Source of the DNA: an uncultured Pseudomonadales bacterium
Lineage (GTDB): Bacteria; Patescibacteriota; Microgenomatia; UBA1400; PJMF01
Assembly: GCA_964406075.1 (NCBI GenBank)
Contig: CAYOQI010000001.1
Span: 69,015 to 133,014, forward strand
Reading direction: 5' to 3'
Length of the DNA: 64,000 nt
The position numbers were made by a program, and so were the translations under genes. The notes below the pieces were generated by a model. It was given only the letters and a program-made list of their open reading frames with translations, did not search any database and was not told the origin of the DNA. How positions within the stretch are numbered: the first letter of the stretch is position 1; every line of letters begins with the position of its first letter. Shown in pieces: positions 8,771 through 18,830 of this stretch.

Positions 8771-10069
8771 ATGCAAGTCGCTTACAATTCTTCTTTTCTT
8801 TTTCAAAAAAATGGAGTGAAACACGGAATTTCAGATCAAAGTCTGAATAAGTGGCAAACTCATATCGAGTCAGCTATTGCTCGTGTGGAAGAAAAAAAGA
8901 AAAACCAAGAGTATGGATTTATCAATATATTATTGAACACTGATCACCTTTCTGAAGTGAAAAAAGTCTTCAGTCAAATTCGGTGGGCAAAAACTTTAGT
9001 GGTGGTCGGAATTGGTGGATCAGATTTGGGTGCACGTGCAGTGTTGCAAGCAATTGAAGATGATGAACCACCGATGGTGGTGCTGTTTCATGGTGATTCG
9101 ACTGATCCGGTCGCAATTACTCGGTTGATGCGAAGCATTGATTTAGGAGAAACAGTTTTTTGTATCATCTCTAAATCTGGAGAAACAATAGAAACAATTT
9201 CTCAATATGTTTTTTTCAAAAATATTCTGATGAAACAAGTGGAAAACTGGAATGATCACTTTGTGTTCATCACTGATTCAAAAAAAGGAATTCTTCGAGA
9301 AGAAGCAGATAAACACACAATACTATCGCTTTCAATTCCTGATGATGTTGGAGGACGTTTTTCTGTCCAAACGACTGTCGGACTCCTTCCTTCTCTAGCG
9401 ATGGGTGTGGATATTGATCAAATGATTGAAGGTGTAAAAAATGCTGTTACAACACAGGCACAAGTCGCACAGGATATTGCTCGAACACAATTTCTTTTAA
9501 CTCAAGAAAAAATCCACGTAAATATTCTGATGCCCTACTCCATTCAGCTAGAAGAATTTGCTCGATGGTATCGACAATTGTGGGCTGAATCACTTGGCAA
9601 AGAAGGCAAAGGCATTCTCCCGATTCAAGCACGAGGTCCGGCTGATCAGCATTCTCAAGTTCAGTTTTATACTGAAGGAACACTTCTTCATTCACTTTTA
9701 TTTTTGAGAATCAATCAACGAGAAGATGATTACATTTTGGAAGATGTGGATGTCAAAGCAGTGAATTATTTGGAAGGACTACATTTTCATAATATTATTA
9801 ATGCTGAGCAAGAAGCAACGGGATTAGCGTTAAAGAAATTAGGTCGTCCATCTGCAGTACTTTCCATCGATACATTAAATGCCTTCTCGCTTGGTCAATT
9901 ATTTGGAATATTTGAATTAGCCGTTGTCTATTTAGCTGAGATGTTGGAGATTGATGCATTTAACCAACCAGGTGTCGAAGAAGGTAAGCAAATGATGTAC
10001 GCTTTACTTGGTCGAAAAGGTTGGGAAGAAAAGAAAAAAGAAATTGAGGAATTGAAAGGACAAGCCTAG
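8771..10069 (+). CDS. pgi: Glucose-6-phosphate isomerase
   Basis: Motifs VVVGIGGSDLGARAV and IISKSGETIET are present. I prefer the ATG at 8771 (GAGGAA 5 nt upstream) over the GTG at 8708 given in the ORF track. Confidence 0.85.
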   Translation: MQVAYNSSFLFQKNGVKHGISDQSLNKWQTHIESAIARVEEKKKNQEYGFINILLNTDHLSEVKKVFSQIRWAKTLVVVGIGGSDLGARAVLQAIEDDEPPMVVLFHGDSTDPVAITRLMRSIDLGETVFCIISKSGETIETISQYVFFKNILMKQVENWNDHFVFITDSKKGILREEADKHTILSLSIPDDVGGRFSVQTTVGLLPSLAMGVDIDQMIEGVKNAVTTQAQVAQDIARTQFLLTQEKIHVNILMPYSIQLEEFARWYRQLWAESLGKEGKGILPIQARGPADQHSQVQFYTEGTLLHSLLFLRINQREDDYILEDVDVKAVNYLEGLHFHNIINAEQEATGLALKKLGRPSAVLSIDTLNAFSLGQLFGIFELAVVYLAEMLEIDAFNQPGVEEGKQMMYALLGRKGWEEKKKEIEELKGQA

Positions 10070-10071
10070 TC

Positions 10072-11559
10072 ATGACAGAAACCCCAGCACATCATCCACT
10101 GAGTATTTTTCTTGTTGGCGTCACCGGTGATTTGTCCAAAAAGAAGATATTGAAAGCAATCTACAACTTATTCAGAGATAACCACCTTCAAGAACCATTT
10201 ACATTGATTGGAAATGCTCGAACACCCATGTCTCATGATGAGTTCAGAGATTTTGTGCAAGGGATTGTACGACCGACTGATGACTACACCTGGGAAAGAT
10301 TTTCCAAAGGGTTATTTTATGTAAGTGGAGATGCAACAGACTCAACCACATTTCAAAAAATGAGTGCTCTTCATACAACTTTAAAATCTGAGAGAACCTG
10401 TGGAAATCATTTATGGTATCTCGCAACGTTACCAAGTTTGTATTTGTCAGTCGTTCAGCAATTGAAATCATTACAGCTTTATCAAACAGAATGTGGATGG
10501 ACGAAGATCATGATCGAAAAACCGTTTGGAATGGATCTGGCTTCGGCAAAAGAGTTGAATGAGGAACTGACCTCGGTATTTGAAGAAGATCAAATATATC
10601 GAATTGATCATTTCCTAGGAAAAGAAACAGTTCAAAATCTACTCGCCTTTCGATTTGGAAATGGTTTGTTTGAACATTTGTGGAATAAAAAATATGTTGA
10701 TCATATCCAAGTGACTCTTTCAGAAACGTTAGGGGCTGAAGGACGCGAACAATTTTATGATGAAACTGGAGCAACTCGTGATGTTTTGCAAAATCATTTA
10801 TTACAAATGATTGCAGTCACGATGATGGATGAACCCAAATCTTTGCATGCGAAGGATATTCGCGCCTCACGTTCTCAACTTTTAGCTTCGTTATCTTGTG
10901 CTCAAAAAGGTGGAATACAAAAAAATGTTCGGTTTGGCCAATATACATCTGGTGATGTGAATGGAAAAAAAGTAGCAGGCTATACTGAATTACATAAAAT
11001 TCCGGATGATTCGAAAACTGAAACTGCTGTAGCGGCAAAATTGGAAGTTGATTCTGAGCGATGGAATGGCGTTCCAATTTATATTCGTACAGGTAAACGA
11101 TTTGATCGAGATGTGTTAGAGATTTCAGTACAGTTTAAAGATCCACAAAATCCCATGTTCAAAGATGTCCCGTATGGGCCTGATCCAAATGTGTTGAGTT
11201 TTCGTTTTCAACCAAATGAAGGGATCATTCTAAAATTATTTGTGAAAAAACCTGGTCATGGAATTGAACTTGATCCGGTGAATATGGATTTCAGTTATCG
11301 TAATCAATATCAAATGAATTTTATCGAAGCGTATGAACGACTCATTTATGATGCCAGCCAAAGCGATTCAACTCTATTCCCAAGTGCTGATGGTATTGAA
11401 GCAACATGGAAAATTGTGGATGATATTTTGAAGTATAAAAACGAAGTGAAGCCAGATTTATATGAAGCCGGAACGTGGGGGCCAGAATCCTTTGAGGAAT
11501 TCATTGAACAAGATGGACGAAAATGGATAGAACCAAATCCTGACGTGTGTAGGATTTAA
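10072..11559 (+). CDS. zwf: Glucose-6-phosphate 1-dehydrogenase
   Basis: It has the NADP motif FLVGVTGDLSKKKI and the active-site signature YRIDHFLGKETVQNL. It lies 2 nt after pgi. Confidence 0.92.
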   Translation: MTETPAHHPLSIFLVGVTGDLSKKKILKAIYNLFRDNHLQEPFTLIGNARTPMSHDEFRDFVQGIVRPTDDYTWERFSKGLFYVSGDATDSTTFQKMSALHTTLKSERTCGNHLWYLATLPSLYLSVVQQLKSLQLYQTECGWTKIMIEKPFGMDLASAKELNEELTSVFEEDQIYRIDHFLGKETVQNLLAFRFGNGLFEHLWNKKYVDHIQVTLSETLGAEGREQFYDETGATRDVLQNHLLQMIAVTMMDEPKSLHAKDIRASRSQLLASLSCAQKGGIQKNVRFGQYTSGDVNGKKVAGYTELHKIPDDSKTETAVAAKLEVDSERWNGVPIYIRTGKRFDRDVLEISVQFKDPQNPMFKDVPYGPDPNVLSFRFQPNEGIILKLFVKKPGHGIELDPVNMDFSYRNQYQMNFIEAYERLIYDASQSDSTLFPSADGIEATWKIVDDILKYKNEVKPDLYEAGTWGPESFEEFIEQDGRKWIEPNPDVCRI

Positions 11560-11568
11560 TTTAAAAAT

Positions 11569-12486
11569 ATGACACTTGGATACATTGGCCTAGGAAAAAT
11601 GGGGAAAAACATGGTGCTTCGATTACTGGAGCAAGGCCATGAAGTTGTTGTATGGAACAGATCCAAAGAGCCAGTAATGGAAGTGGAATCCGAAGGAGCA
11701 ATTCCGGCTCAATCAGTTTCGGAATTAATTAAAAAATTGCGCGAATTTGATCAAGAAAAAAAAGGAATTGTAGTGTGGCTAATGTTGCCCGCTGGTGAAG
11801 TCACTGAACGAATTCTGATAGATGAAGTACTTCCAAATTTGCAATCCAATGACATTGTTATTGATGGTGCAAATAGTAATTGGAATGATACTGTTCGACG
11901 CGCGGAACAATTAAACTCCAAAAATATTCATTTTATTGATGCCGGAATAAGCGGTGGCCCGAAAGGTGCTCGAAATGGAGCGTGTGTCATGATTGGAGGA
12001 GAAAAAGCAATTGTTGATTCCCTCACTTCACTTTGGGAAAGTATTGCTTTGCCTGAATCATTTGGATATTGTGGAAAAGTAGGAGCTGGTCATTTTGTCA
12101 AAATGGTACATAACGGTATCGAGTATGGAATGATGCAAGCGATTGGAGAAGGTTTTGAAGTGATGAAGAAAGCGCCATTTAATCTTCAACTTACTGAAAT
12201 AGCTCGTTTGTACAATAAAGGAAGTGTAATTGAGTCAAGATTAATTGGCTGGTTAGAGGAAGGTTATCGTGAGGAAGGTGAAGAGCTAGCGGCAATTAGT
12301 GGATCGATTGCTCATAGTGGTGAAGGACAATGGACAATAGAGGCTGCCAATTCGTTGAATGTACCTGTTCCAATTATTAAAGCCTCTTTAGATTTTAGAA
12401 TTAACTCTGCTCAAAAACCGAGCTATACCGGGAAAGTAGTGTCACTTCTCCGCTATATGTTTGGTGGACATGAGGTGAAAAGGTAA
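11569..12486 (+). CDS. gnd: 6-phosphogluconate dehydrogenase, decarboxylating (short ~300-aa type)
   Basis: It has the Rossmann motif LGYIGLGKMGKNM and the signature GAGHFVKMVHNGIEYGMMQAIGEG. It lies 9 nt after zwf. Confidence 0.85.
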   Translation: MTLGYIGLGKMGKNMVLRLLEQGHEVVVWNRSKEPVMEVESEGAIPAQSVSELIKKLREFDQEKKGIVVWLMLPAGEVTERILIDEVLPNLQSNDIVIDGANSNWNDTVRRAEQLNSKNIHFIDAGISGGPKGARNGACVMIGGEKAIVDSLTSLWESIALPESFGYCGKVGAGHFVKMVHNGIEYGMMQAIGEGFEVMKKAPFNLQLTEIARLYNKGSVIESRLIGWLEEGYREEGEELAAISGSIAHSGEGQWTIEAANSLNVPVPIIKASLDFRINSAQKPSYTGKVVSLLRYMFGGHEVKR

Positions 12487-12488
12487 AT

Positions 12489-12707
12489 ATGTCAGCAAAC
12501 TTCTATGAAGTTACAATAAGAGGCTATGAGCCGGGATCCTTCAATGTTGGTCCAAAACGTGTTGAAGCACCTACCCCAAAAGCTGCTATGTATATGATAC
12601 TTGATTCAAACTTAGAATTATTCCCTGATGGATCAACCGTTGACGTGACAGTAAAAGATTTACAGTACAATGCTTTTAATATGAAGAATAAAAGAAAAAT
12701 AGTCTAA
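12489..12707 (+). CDS. Hypothetical small protein (72 aa) coupled to gnd
   Basis: The ATG lies 2 nt after the gnd stop. No motif was recognised. Its 3' end overlaps the convergent gene by 4 nt. Confidence 0.4.
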   Translation: MSANFYEVTIRGYEPGSFNVGPKRVEAPTPKAAMYMILDSNLELFPDGSTVDVTVKDLQYNAFNMKNKRKIV

Positions 12708-14446
12708 TACTCATTTTTCTTGATAAGTTTTAATAGTAAAAAATCTTTATTTTTTTCAACAACTTCATACTTCTGTTCTAATTCTCTCGCTTCATCATCA
12801 TAGTTTACTGTGACATAGTAGTTAGCTCCGTTTGCTATCTTTTGGTCAATGTTACTACCGACAGGCCAACCAGTTCGGTTTGTTTGAAAAAGAAAAGTAG
12901 TATCACCTAATGCTGGTGCAATAATTTTAGCGTCAGAAGGTGTACTGTCATCAACAAATTTCCCCGCTTCCACATAGTCCCATCTATTCACATTAAAATA
13001 TCCAGCAACCTGTCCCCAGCTTTGTTGGATCATTAACACATACAAAATTACCACTCCTATGACACTCATATTAATTGATAAAAGTTTTTTATTTTGAAAA
13101 AACTTTTCTAGAATTTTATGTGTATGTAGACTACCAATTCCAACTGACCAGCAAATCAGTGGTAAAAGAAGGTTTTGGTAGTAGTCGTGTTGGACATTTC
13201 CGGTAGCAATAATGACAAAGTATCCTAAGATACCAAGCCACCAAGAGATTAGAATAAAATATGAAGAAGTGATAAAGCGTTTAATAAGTTCTTTAATTTT
13301 AAAGTTTTTCACTTTACTCAATGAAAGTGGAATAAAACTAAGCATAAGAAAGATGAGTCCAAAATATCCAAGAAAGAGCTTGGTGATACGTTGATAGCCG
13401 AGCCAATAAAACCAGGAAGGACGAAATAGAATACCGTTACTATTGTATAACCAGTCTGAAGCTGGAATTCCACTTGGAAAAGCCTGAATCCATTTTCTCC
13501 AATAATAGAGTGGAATAATTGAGAATATTAAAAATAAACCTAGTGATAAAAGTTTTAATAAATTGAATTTAGTTTTTTGTAAAAACAAAGCCAAATACAC
13601 AGGAAGAATAAACAAAACAAACGGTTTCAATAAGAGTGCGAGAGCAAATCCAGTTACAGAATATAAAAAGAAGACTTTGTTTCGAGATTGCAACCAACTA
13701 TTAAATGCCCAAATTGAGAACATTGAGAAAAATAACATTCCAGGTTCCGGTAAAATTGCCCGAGAATAGTAGATGGAATATGGGAGCACCGCAAAAGTTA
13801 AAGCTGAAATGAAAGCCACATTTTTTCCACTGAGATCTTTTACAAATTTGTATAGGAAAAAGAGCGTTCCTATTGAAAATAATACTGAGACAAATCGACT
13901 TGTTGGAACTAAAGGTAGCTGAGGAAATATTCGAAGTATGACGGCAATCCCAGCATTGATAAATGGAAATTCGACCATTCTCCAGCCATCGACATTATCC
14001 GGTAAATCTGTAGGCGTTGGTTCAGTTTCTTCTGATTTTTGTTCTGATTGTGGTAAGAAAATATTGGTAACTGGAGAGGTTATAGTTTTCCGAATACCAT
14101 TTATTTGATGATATGTGCGATGAAGTGTTGGATACTTTTCAAGACTGATTAAGAATGTTCGATAAAATCCAATATTTGTTCGTGAACCTGATTGAACATT
14201 TGACAGGTCATGATACTTTGGATGCAAGATATCAATGCCGTTTTTGACATATTCTCTGGTTACTGACGCTGTATCCACTTGACGAAATGAATGCCAATCC
14301 GCCAAAGGATAATTAATACGATACAGTCGAACAAAAAATGCTAAACAGATAAAAAAGAGAATGGCATACTTTTCATCAGTAATTTTTTTGAGAAATGAAA
14401 AGTGTTCACTTTCAACATGATTATATTTACGATGATTTTGTTTCAT
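12704..14446 (-). CDS. GT-C membrane glycosyltransferase, family 39/ArnT/PMT_2-like
   Basis: This 580-aa polytopic protein has the first-loop motif YPLADWHSFRQVDTASVTREY. A ~70-aa hydrophilic insertion follows that loop. Confidence 0.65.
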   Translation of the reverse strand: MKQNHRKYNHVESEHFSFLKKITDEKYAILFFICLAFFVRLYRINYPLADWHSFRQVDTASVTREYVKNGIDILHPKYHDLSNVQSGSRTNIGFYRTFLISLEKYPTLHRTYHQINGIRKTITSPVTNIFLPQSEQKSEETEPTPTDLPDNVDGWRMVEFPFINAGIAVILRIFPQLPLVPTSRFVSVLFSIGTLFFLYKFVKDLSGKNVAFISALTFAVLPYSIYYSRAILPEPGMLFFSMFSIWAFNSWLQSRNKVFFLYSVTGFALALLLKPFVLFILPVYLALFLQKTKFNLLKLLSLGLFLIFSIIPLYYWRKWIQAFPSGIPASDWLYNSNGILFRPSWFYWLGYQRITKLFLGYFGLIFLMLSFIPLSLSKVKNFKIKELIKRFITSSYFILISWWLGILGYFVIIATGNVQHDYYQNLLLPLICWSVGIGSLHTHKILEKFFQNKKLLSINMSVIGVVILYVLMIQQSWGQVAGYFNVNRWDYVEAGKFVDDSTPSDAKIIAPALGDTTFLFQTNRTGWPVGSNIDQKIANGANYYVTVNYDDEARELEQKYEVVEKNKDFLLLKLIKKNEY

Positions 14447-16241
14447 GATGTGAAAGTTCTGGAGAACGAGAAAGCTTATGCATAACAGCTAAAGTAATTC
14501 CTGTAATTGCCCAGTAAGAAAATGCAATTTTTGAAGCAGCATACACATCAATGAATACTGCGTTTAATAAAAGTCCAACGCTACCACTTAAAAATCCAAT
14601 TCCTAGTATTTGAACCAACATGTCATTTTTATTTTTCATGACTTGTTTCAAGGTAGTAAACATCGCTAACGCAATCACTCCGTAGAAAGTGATAAATCCA
14701 AGCAAACCTGTTTCTCCTAATGTTCTCAAGAAATTGTTGTCAGTACTCTCAGCTTCAGTAAAATGATACCGAGTTTCTTTTGTTAAAGTGGCGTAACCCG
14801 TACCAAGCAATGGATTGGTATAAAAACCTTGCAATGCTCGAGGCCACAAAGTATCGAGGCGAATTGCTAAAGATAAGCCATGTGTCTGAGCCGTAGTAGA
14901 GAAAGTTCGAGGGACTTGTCGTGCCGTAACTGTCGCTACCCCACCTTCAACCGTTGCTTCCCAGATGATGTCCGGAATATCTTCATAGACATCAGAAGGA
15001 CGTTGTTCATTTGGCATACCTGTTGTTGGTTGTTCATCTGAAGATACAAGAACATTACCGTCACTTAACTGTTGAGCAAGTTCATCGGTTGACATCGCAT
15101 TTTGAGGTTTTTCAGGCTCAGGTAAGAAATTATATCTATCAAGATTTTGGACGATCGGAGTAATATTGTCTCGATAAAAGTGCTTTTTTTTATCATTTAT
15201 TCCATGATATGCGTTGTGCAGTGCAGGATACGCTTGAAGTGTTTGCAAGAATCTTTCATAGATGGAATCTCCAAAATTCATCATCATGATTGTAAAAACG
15301 AATCCCATCAAGAATGAACGAGAAATAAACCACGTAACTTTCTGCTTAAGTGTTGGTTGAAAAAATGCAAATCCAGCAATCACCAAACTTATTCCAACTA
15401 AAAATGCTCCAAAGGAACTTCGAGAAGAACCAACAATCAGTAACCATAATCCTGATAAGAAGGAAAGCAGAATAGGAATTTTATACAACCATTTTTTTAC
15501 ACCATAGAAAAAAGCCAAGATCATCGGTAAAGCAATGACGAGATAGCCAGCCATATCGTAATGGCCACCAAAAGTTGATTGCACCCGAGCATGTTCAGTC
15601 AAATACAATCGCATGCCCTTGCTAAATTCTCGATTCATAGTTGAGTACACGGGCCAGTAGTAAAATTTTTGACCAAAGCCATACAAACTGATTGCAAAGA
15701 CAGTGACCACCAAGATTCCCAATAAAAGATAGACATCACGTCGTTTTTGAATTGCCGAGTAGGCAATAAAGAGTAAAGAAAAATACTCGAGGTATCGGAA
15801 GTAATGCAGTGCTGTTTTTCCAATATGGAGTAATTCCGGAGGAACAGACTGAGTAATGACGACAGCGGAAATTGTGGAAAGAATTCCGACAATAGCATAT
15901 GCGATCACGATCCAGCGAACAGGGACACTCCATTGAATTTTTTTACGTGCTATTTGTAAAAGAAAAATGCCAACTGTAAATGCAACAAATAGATCTTCCA
16001 ATCTTAGTCGGACAATATAACCTGGAATCAAGTCAGCTAAAGGAATTTTTGGATAAAGCGGAATAAAAGCAAATAGAAATCCACATAAAATCAAAAGAAT
16101 ATTTTCATCAAGCCAATTGAACCAAGACTTTGAAGATTTAGTATTAGAGGAATATTGTTTTGATGTAGAAATTGACGAATTACTCGGCTTTTTCAAAGGT
16201 TGACTTGAAGATGCGTGAGTAGAGCGTTTGCTTTTTTTCAT
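14427..16241 (-). CDS. O-antigen ligase/polymerase-type (Wzy_C) membrane protein
   Basis: It is polytopic with motifs GSSRSSFGAFLVG and DNNFLRTLGETGLLGF (the HNxxL...E.G..G pattern of the Wzy_C family). A ~130-aa hydrophilic loop is present. I chose the ATG at 16241 rather than the TTG at 16250. Confidence 0.65.
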   Translation of the reverse strand: MKKSKRSTHASSSQPLKKPSNSSISTSKQYSSNTKSSKSWFNWLDENILLILCGFLFAFIPLYPKIPLADLIPGYIVRLRLEDLFVAFTVGIFLLQIARKKIQWSVPVRWIVIAYAIVGILSTISAVVITQSVPPELLHIGKTALHYFRYLEYFSLLFIAYSAIQKRRDVYLLLGILVVTVFAISLYGFGQKFYYWPVYSTMNREFSKGMRLYLTEHARVQSTFGGHYDMAGYLVIALPMILAFFYGVKKWLYKIPILLSFLSGLWLLIVGSSRSSFGAFLVGISLVIAGFAFFQPTLKQKVTWFISRSFLMGFVFTIMMMNFGDSIYERFLQTLQAYPALHNAYHGINDKKKHFYRDNITPIVQNLDRYNFLPEPEKPQNAMSTDELAQQLSDGNVLVSSDEQPTTGMPNEQRPSDVYEDIPDIIWEATVEGGVATVTARQVPRTFSTTAQTHGLSLAIRLDTLWPRALQGFYTNPLLGTGYATLTKETRYHFTEAESTDNNFLRTLGETGLLGFITFYGVIALAMFTTLKQVMKNKNDMLVQILGIGFLSGSVGLLLNAVFIDVYAASKIAFSYWAITGITLAVMHKLSRSPELSHHETKSS

Positions 16242-17142
16242 CTCCAGCAATTATACCAAATAGTAGCCATCGTAAGATAGCTCCCAATCGAAATACCCAT
16301 ATAATCAAAAGATACTGCAAATATGACCAATGTTTCGCCGTGACATAGAGTAAACTCTCGATTTCTCGAGCAAGTGACTCATTACTGGCACTACTGGCTG
16401 AACCTAAATGAGTGATTTTTGATTGTGGTGTGTAGACACAATCCCAGTGATGATTATTCGCTCGGATACACCATTCCACATCTTCAGCATACATAAATAT
16501 ATCTGTATCTAACATTCCAATCTCATCGATCATCTCTTTTCGCACTAATAATGCTGTACCTGCAAGCCAGCCCATTTTTGATTCTTTTTTAAAAAAAGAA
16601 TGATCCTGAATGTGATATTGATTTTGAACTGGCAAAGGATCTGAACCCGGGAATGGCCATAACCACCACACCGATAAATTAAACAGTTTTGGCAACGCAC
16701 CGCCTTGCGGTTGAATACTGCCGTCAGCATTTAATAATTGTCCCGATACCATCCCAACTCGATCAATTTCTTTGCCGGCTCCCTGAAGTTCAGCTGTGGA
16801 AATATTGTCAGGATATTTTTTGAAAACATTAAGCAGGTTTTTTAAAGCTGATTCATGAAGTTGGGCATCCGAATTTAAAAGAAGAAAAAATTTCCCTTTG
16901 GAAGTTTTCATCGCTTGATTATTAGCTTGAGCAAAGCCGATGTTTTTTTTATTCTCAATCAAAATTACTTTTTTTCCAAATTGTTTTTTAATTTCAGAAA
17001 CTGAGTGATCGCTGGAATTATTATCTACTACGATAATTTCGCCATCTATCTTGTCAGATGTGTAATTTTCCAGGACTGAGAGAATGGCTTTTGTAGTAAG
17101 TTCAGCAGTGTTGTATGAGATGATGATTGTTGAAATAGTCAT
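16180..17142 (-). CDS. Glycosyltransferase family 2
   Basis: Motifs IIISYNTAELT, VVDNNSSDHS and LLLNSDAQL (DxD-type) are present. Confidence 0.8.
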   Translation of the reverse strand: MTISTIIISYNTAELTTKAILSVLENYTSDKIDGEIIVVDNNSSDHSVSEIKKQFGKKVILIENKKNIGFAQANNQAMKTSKGKFFLLLNSDAQLHESALKNLLNVFKKYPDNISTAELQGAGKEIDRVGMVSGQLLNADGSIQPQGGALPKLFNLSVWWLWPFPGSDPLPVQNQYHIQDHSFFKKESKMGWLAGTALLVRKEMIDEIGMLDTDIFMYAEDVEWCIRANNHHWDCVYTPQSKITHLGSASSASNESLAREIESLLYVTAKHWSYLQYLLIIWVFRLGAILRWLLFGIIAGDEKKQTLYSRIFKSTFEKAE

Positions 17143-17211
17143 ATCTTTTTTCGTCGGGATTCTTCATGTCTGGTGATTACACTAGAACATTCTGAATGAC
17201 AAAAATTCATT

Positions 17212-17790
17212 TTATTGAAACCAACGCGCCCGACCCAATCGATAATTGAGTGATGATGCGTCGCGTTTCCCAATTTCTTTTGCTGGAGTTCCAGCCACAA
17301 TGGAAAGCGGCTCAACATCTTTCGTGACAACCGCTCCGGCCGCGACAACCGCACCTTTTCCGATGGAAATACCAGGAAGAATAATTGCTCGGGGTCCAAT
17401 AAACACGTAATCTTCAATCACCACCGGCTTCTCAATTGCTTTGAACTGTGGATCTCGAATATCATGCTGACTTGTCCAAATCATGACTTCAGAAGCGATA
17501 TCGACGTGATTTCCAATTTGGATTCCACCTTTTGATCCAGATAATTGTCTTCGTCCATCTAATGTGAATTTTTCACCAATAATACTGTCTTCTCCAATTT
17601 CAATATATCGCGGGTCATAAATTCTTCCCATCATATGAAGTGTTGATCCGGAGCCAATACTCATACCAAACAATCGATAAAAAAACCGGCGAAGATGGTG
17701 AAAAGGAATGTATCCCACTCCCCACCATAAAAATCCAGTTACAAATTCTAATGCAATGGCTTGAAGGCGTCGAAAGATTTTATCTGTCAT
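17212..17790 (-). CDS. Hexapeptide-repeat (LbH) sugar O-acetyltransferase, WcaF/NeuD-like
   Basis: Hexapeptide repeats [14 protein letters not shown] and [25 protein letters not shown] are present, with an N-terminal hydrophobic segment. Confidence 0.8.
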   Translation of the reverse strand: MTDKIFRRLQAIALEFVTGFLWWGVGYIPFHHLRRFFYRLFGMSIGSGSTLHMMGRIYDPRYIEIGEDSIIGEKFTLDGRRQLSGSKGGIQIGNHVDIASEVMIWTSQHDIRDPQFKAIEKPVVIEDYVFIGPRAIILPGISIGKGAVVAAGAVVTKDVEPLSIVAGTPAKEIGKRDASSLNYRLGRARWFQ

Positions 17791-17807
17791 ATGAGTATTG
17801 TAACCAA

Positions 17808-18830
17808 TTACTCTGAAAAAATATGCAATGTCTCATTAGATTGAGGAATTGGTTGTCCTAAATGTCTATAGGCTTCATGTGTGACTATTCTCCCTCTGGG
17901 AGTTCGTTGCAAAAATCCGATTTGAAGAAGGTATGGTTCAAGCACTTCTTCGATAGTAACCATGTCTTCACTTAAGGTAGCTGCGATCGTGCTTAATCCG
18001 ACCGGTCCACCTTTATGTTTGAGAATAAGTTGTTCTAATAGTTGTCGATCGGCGCTATCTAAACCTAAACGATCAATGGCATACATATCTAATGCTTTCA
18101 CTACTTCGTCTAATGTGATGACTTCACCCTCATGTACCTGAACATAATCTCGGATACGTTTCAAAAGCTTTAAAGCAATTCGAGGTGTACCTCGTGCTCT
18201 TCTGCCAACTTCAACACTTGCCTCTGGTTCTATTTCAACATTTAATTTCTTTGCGGCTGATTGAATAATAATGCTTAAAGATTCTGGCTGATAATACTCA
18301 AGTCGGTGAATGACTCCAAACCGATCTCGAAAAGGACCAGTTAAATTCCCAAATCGGGTAGTTGCCCCGACTAAGGTGAACTGAGGTAAATCGAGTCGAA
18401 TTGAGCGGGCTGAAGGGCCTTTTCCAATCATGATATCTAGAGCGTAGTCTTCCATGGCTGGATACAGTGTTTCTTCAACTGCTTTTGGAATGCGATGAAT
18501 TTCATCTATGAATAAAATATCTCCAGGCTGTAAATTTGTGAGTAACGCCGCTAAATCACCCACTTTTGTCAATGCAGTCCCCGAAGTAATTTTCAGCTGA
18601 GCTCCCATGGCTTTGGCAATTAGATGAGAGAGCGTTGTTTTTCCTAATCCCGGAGGTCCGTACAACAGTGTGTGATCCATTGATTCTTCACGTTGCCGTG
18701 CAGCTTGAATAGAAATTTGTAAAGCAGTTTTAACGTGTTCTTGTCCTAAAAAATCATCCCAGCTTTGTGCGCGTAAGCTGGTAAATAATTGTTCTTCTTC
18801 TGGATTAAGAATAGGTGATGTATCACTCAT
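17808..18830 (-). CDS. ruvB: Holliday junction branch-migration helicase RuvB
   Basis: It has Walker [14 protein letters not shown], Walker [10 protein letters not shown], and the conserved C-terminal FLQRTPRGR. Confidence 0.95.
   Translation of the reverse strand: MSDTSPILNPEEEQLFTSLRAQSWDDFLGQEHVKTALQISIQAARQREESMDHTLLYGPPGLGKTTLSHLIAKAMGAQLKITSGTALTKVGDLAALLTNLQPGDILFIDEIHRIPKAVEETLYPAMEDYALDIMIGKGPSARSIRLDLPQFTLVGATTRFGNLTGPFRDRFGVIHRLEYYQPESLSIIIQSAAKKLNVEIEPEASVEVGRRARGTPRIALKLLKRIRDYVQVHEGEVITLDEVVKALDMYAIDRLGLDSADRQLLEQLILKHKGGPVGLSTIAATLSEDMVTIEEVLEPYLLQIGFLQRTPRGRIVTHEAYRHLGQPIPQSNETLHIFSE

Noticed and set aside
17139-17417. A 92-aa ORF overlapping the 3' end of the acetyltransferase gene.
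   Set aside because: It is out of frame inside a well-supported hexapeptide-repeat gene and has no motif.
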